Notes under the pieces: model-generated
Told to the model about the DNA's origin: nothing
Seen by the model: only the letters and a program-made list of their open reading frames with translations
Database searches by the model: none
Source: Lachnospiraceae bacterium
GTDB taxonomy: Bacteria > Bacillota > Clostridia > Lachnospirales > Lachnospiraceae
Direction: 5' to 3'
NCBI GenBank assembly: GCA_045640525.1
Contig: JAZUFE010000007.1
Location: 1,008 to 65,007 of the forward strand
DNA: 64,000 nucleotides
Shown: in pieces, positions 62,645 through 64,000 of the stretch
Numbering within the stretch: position 1 is the stretch's first letter
How the letters are laid out: each line of letters begins with the position of its first letter
Position numbers and translations under genes: made by a program

Positions 62645-63406
62645 TTAAAATCCCAGTACCGACATGTACCAGGAAATCATTTCGTTTCCAAACAATACTG
62701 CAATCAATATTCCCGCACTTAGGTACGGTCCGAAAGCAAGCTGATGATCTGCTTTCGATATTCTCATTCGAGCCACATGAATTATGGCTCCCAAAACGCA
62801 TCCTAATAAGAATGCAAGAACTATATTTTTCCACCCGAGCATAAGCCCAGCTGCTGCCATGAGCTTCATATCTCCGCCGCCCATGCCACGACCTTTGGTG
62901 GCCAGTATAATGATAAAGATAAACACACTGACAGCAAAGAAGCCGATTACGTGATTAATCCAGTCTTCATAATGAATTACAGTCATAATCAGCCCCAGCG
63001 TCAGTATAAAGATATTGATTCCGAGCGGAATCTCATACGTCCTCCAGTCTATTACGCTAAGCGTAATAAGTGCTGATATTAACAGGCAGTAGAGTAGGGA
63101 ATCTACATTTACCCCGTTAATAATAAAAGTAATTACATAAAGCACCCCGTTCAGTCCCTCAATAAGAGGGTACTGAACAGATATATGTGCTTGACAGTGG
63201 CGGCACTTGCCGCCCTGGACCAAATAGCTAAACAACGGTATCAACTCATACCATTCAAGCTTGTGGCCACAGCTCATACAATGAGACCGTGTCTTAACAA
63301 TATTCTCTTTTAGCGGTATGCGATAAATACATACGTTGAGGAAACTACCAATCACTATGCCGTAGAGGAAGGTGATTGCATAGATTAAAATTAGTATTGG
63401 GTCCAT
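62645..63406 (-). CDS. pilD: Prepilin peptidase / N-methyltransferase (peptidase A24, PilD)
   Basis: 253 aa. Motif GSFLNVCIYRIP, Cys pairs CMSCGHKL...GKCRHC, and the two catalytic Asp contexts SVIDWRTYEIP and GMGGGDMKLMAAAG. Confidence 0.93.
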   Translation of the reverse strand: MDPILILIYAITFLYGIVIGSFLNVCIYRIPLKENIVKTRSHCMSCGHKLEWYELIPLFSYLVQGGKCRHCQAHISVQYPLIEGLNGVLYVITFIINGVNVDSLLYCLLISALITLSVIDWRTYEIPLGINIFILTLGLIMTVIHYEDWINHVIGFFAVSVFIFIIILATKGRGMGGGDMKLMAAAGLMLGWKNIVLAFLLGCVLGAIIHVARMRISKADHQLAFGPYLSAGILIAVLFGNEMISWYMSVLGF

Positions 63407-63421
63407 AAATCGTTTTAAATA

Positions 63422-63847
63422 CTAAGAAACTTTTGTTCCGTCCTGCTTATATGTAGAACCCTTAGCAGTTGTTGATGTTGTCCATTGATAGTTCTTATAT
63501 TTCCAAATAATATCACCATCCCAGGTTGCTTTCAAAGCGGTAGGCTTAGAATCGTCAATACCATATTCTTTTAAATCTTTACCTGAAGGTAAGCCTGAAA
63601 CTTTAATGTTCTTTGAAGTCATGCTTGCTGTTACAGTTATTTCAGTAGTTGGTGATAACTCATTATCAGCCGCAAATGATTCTACGGCTGTCTTAACCTC
63701 AGTAATATTCTGAAGATCTGTAGACTCTCTAGACTGAGCCACATATTTAATAAACTGAGGTGCTAAAACACCAATCAATACTGCCATGATAGCAATAACG
63801 ATGATTAACTCAACGAGTGAAAAACGTTTGTTTGAATTCTTTTTCAT
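63422..63847 (-). CDS. pilA: Type IV pilin (major-pilin candidate, 141 aa) with a non-canonical residue at -1
   Basis: ATG at 63847, preceded by AAGGAG with an 8-nt spacer. The N-terminus MKKNSNKR|FSLVELIIVIAIMAVLIGVLAPQFIKYV has Phe at +1, Glu at +5 and a hydrophobic alpha-1 helix. The codon at -1 is CGT (Arg), not Gly. The ORF track extension to 63985 was rejected. Confidence 0.8.
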   Translation of the reverse strand: MKKNSNKRFSLVELIIVIAIMAVLIGVLAPQFIKYVAQSRESTDLQNITEVKTAVESFAADNELSPTTEITVTASMTSKNIKVSGLPSGKDLKEYGIDDSKPTALKATWDGDIIWKYKNYQWTTSTTAKGSTYKQDGTKVS

Positions 63848-63929
63848 AAGAATTTTCTCCTTTACTTTTGTGTTTATTAATTTTATATTATACGCTCCGT
63901 CCCTACACGAAGGCGAATAACCAAATGAA

Positions 63930-64000
63930 TTACAGACTATCAAGAGCCTGGTACATGGTAAGCATAGGTGCAAGGCAGGCACCAACGATTACACCAACGA
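63930..64000 (-). CDS. pilC: 3' end of a PilC/GspF-family platform protein gene (the rest lies beyond the window)
   Basis: The minus-strand frame ending in TAA at 63932-63930 translates to VGVIVGACLAPMLTMYQALDSL*. This resembles the hydrophobic last TM segment and MY..L tail of GspF/PilC proteins, and its position upstream of pilA fits. Only 23 codons are visible. Confidence 0.5.
   Translation of the reverse strand, partial: VGVIVGACLAPMLTMYQALDSL

Noticed and set aside
62607-62834. A 75-aa ORF overlapping the 3' end of pilD and the pilD-pilMN gap.
   Set aside because: It is out of frame within a well-supported prepilin peptidase gene and has no RBS. It is likely spurious.
63848-63929. A possible c-di-GMP riboswitch or other long leader upstream of the pilin gene, as found upstream of pilA1 in Clostridioides difficile.
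   Set aside because: Only 82 nt separate the pilC stop from the pilin ATG. That is too short for known c-di-GMP riboswitch classes, and I see no convincing helices. A TATAAT at 63892-63887 (minus strand) has no good -35, so an internal promoter is only weakly suggested.
63848-63985. 5' extensions of ORF-track entries: pilin to 63985, MotB to 31351, CodY to 45168, PilO to 60864, FlgB to 43970, FliK to 36566, LacI-family regulator from 8496, hypothetical gene from 1453.
   Set aside because: The extensions overlap the upstream gene or lack an RBS, whereas internal ATGs have good GGAGG-type sites. The internal starts also give N-termini matching the family, such as MKKNSNKRFSLVE, MAKKREEDPP...FSDLM and MSSVQLLDK.
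1-64000. Mobile elements, prophage, defence systems, toxin-antitoxin pairs, rRNA genes and pseudogenes.
   Set aside because: I found no transposase, integrase, recombinase, Cas, restriction-modification or phage structural motifs in any long ORF. There are no terminal inverted or direct repeats flanking a block. All recognisable genes are full length except the two cut by the window edges.

Overview
This is a 64-kb chromosomal segment of a low-GC Firmicute whose gene content and order look Clostridia/Lachnospiraceae-like. Nearly all genes are on the minus strand. All family calls come from motif recognition in the translated ORFs; no database search was possible.

In the direction of transcription (high to low coordinates) the window contains:

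1. **64000-47256: a tightly packed type IV pilus (T4P) operon.** It holds the pilC 3' end, a major-pilin candidate, a prepilin peptidase, a fused PilM-PilN and a PilO. These are followed by four pilin-like proteins of 463, 799, 207 and 841 aa. The last gene encodes a ~1,895-aa non-pilin secreted or anchored protein of unknown function.
2. **topA and codY.**
3. **43940-9545: a ~34-kb, 40-gene fla/che operon.** The order is flgB-flgC-fliE-fliF-fliG-fliH-fliI-fliJ-ylxF-like-fliK-flgD-flg_new-flgE-flbD-motA-motB-fliL-fliM-fliY-cheY-fliO-fliP-fliQ-fliR-flhB-flhA-flhF-flhG-PilZ-cheB-cheA-cheW-cheC-cheD-small membrane protein-sigD. Four more co-directional genes follow: FapA/DUF342, a 104-aa protein, a membrane-tethered HTH protein, and a repeat-rich membrane protein.
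4. **A LacI-family regulator (+) divergent from an alpha-glucoside utilisation locus.** That locus has a solute-binding lipoprotein, two ABC permeases, a GH65 phosphorylase and a beta-phosphoglucomutase.
5. **Two small hypothetical genes (+), a stand-alone tRNA-Pro with an apparent AGG anticodon, and rpsB-tsf.**

No transposase, integrase, CRISPR array, rRNA or obvious pseudogene was seen.

The most unusual content is the distal half of the pilus operon, with its oversized modular pilin-like proteins and giant EF-hand-containing protein, and the major-pilin candidate, which lacks the canonical Gly at position -1 of the prepilin cleavage site.
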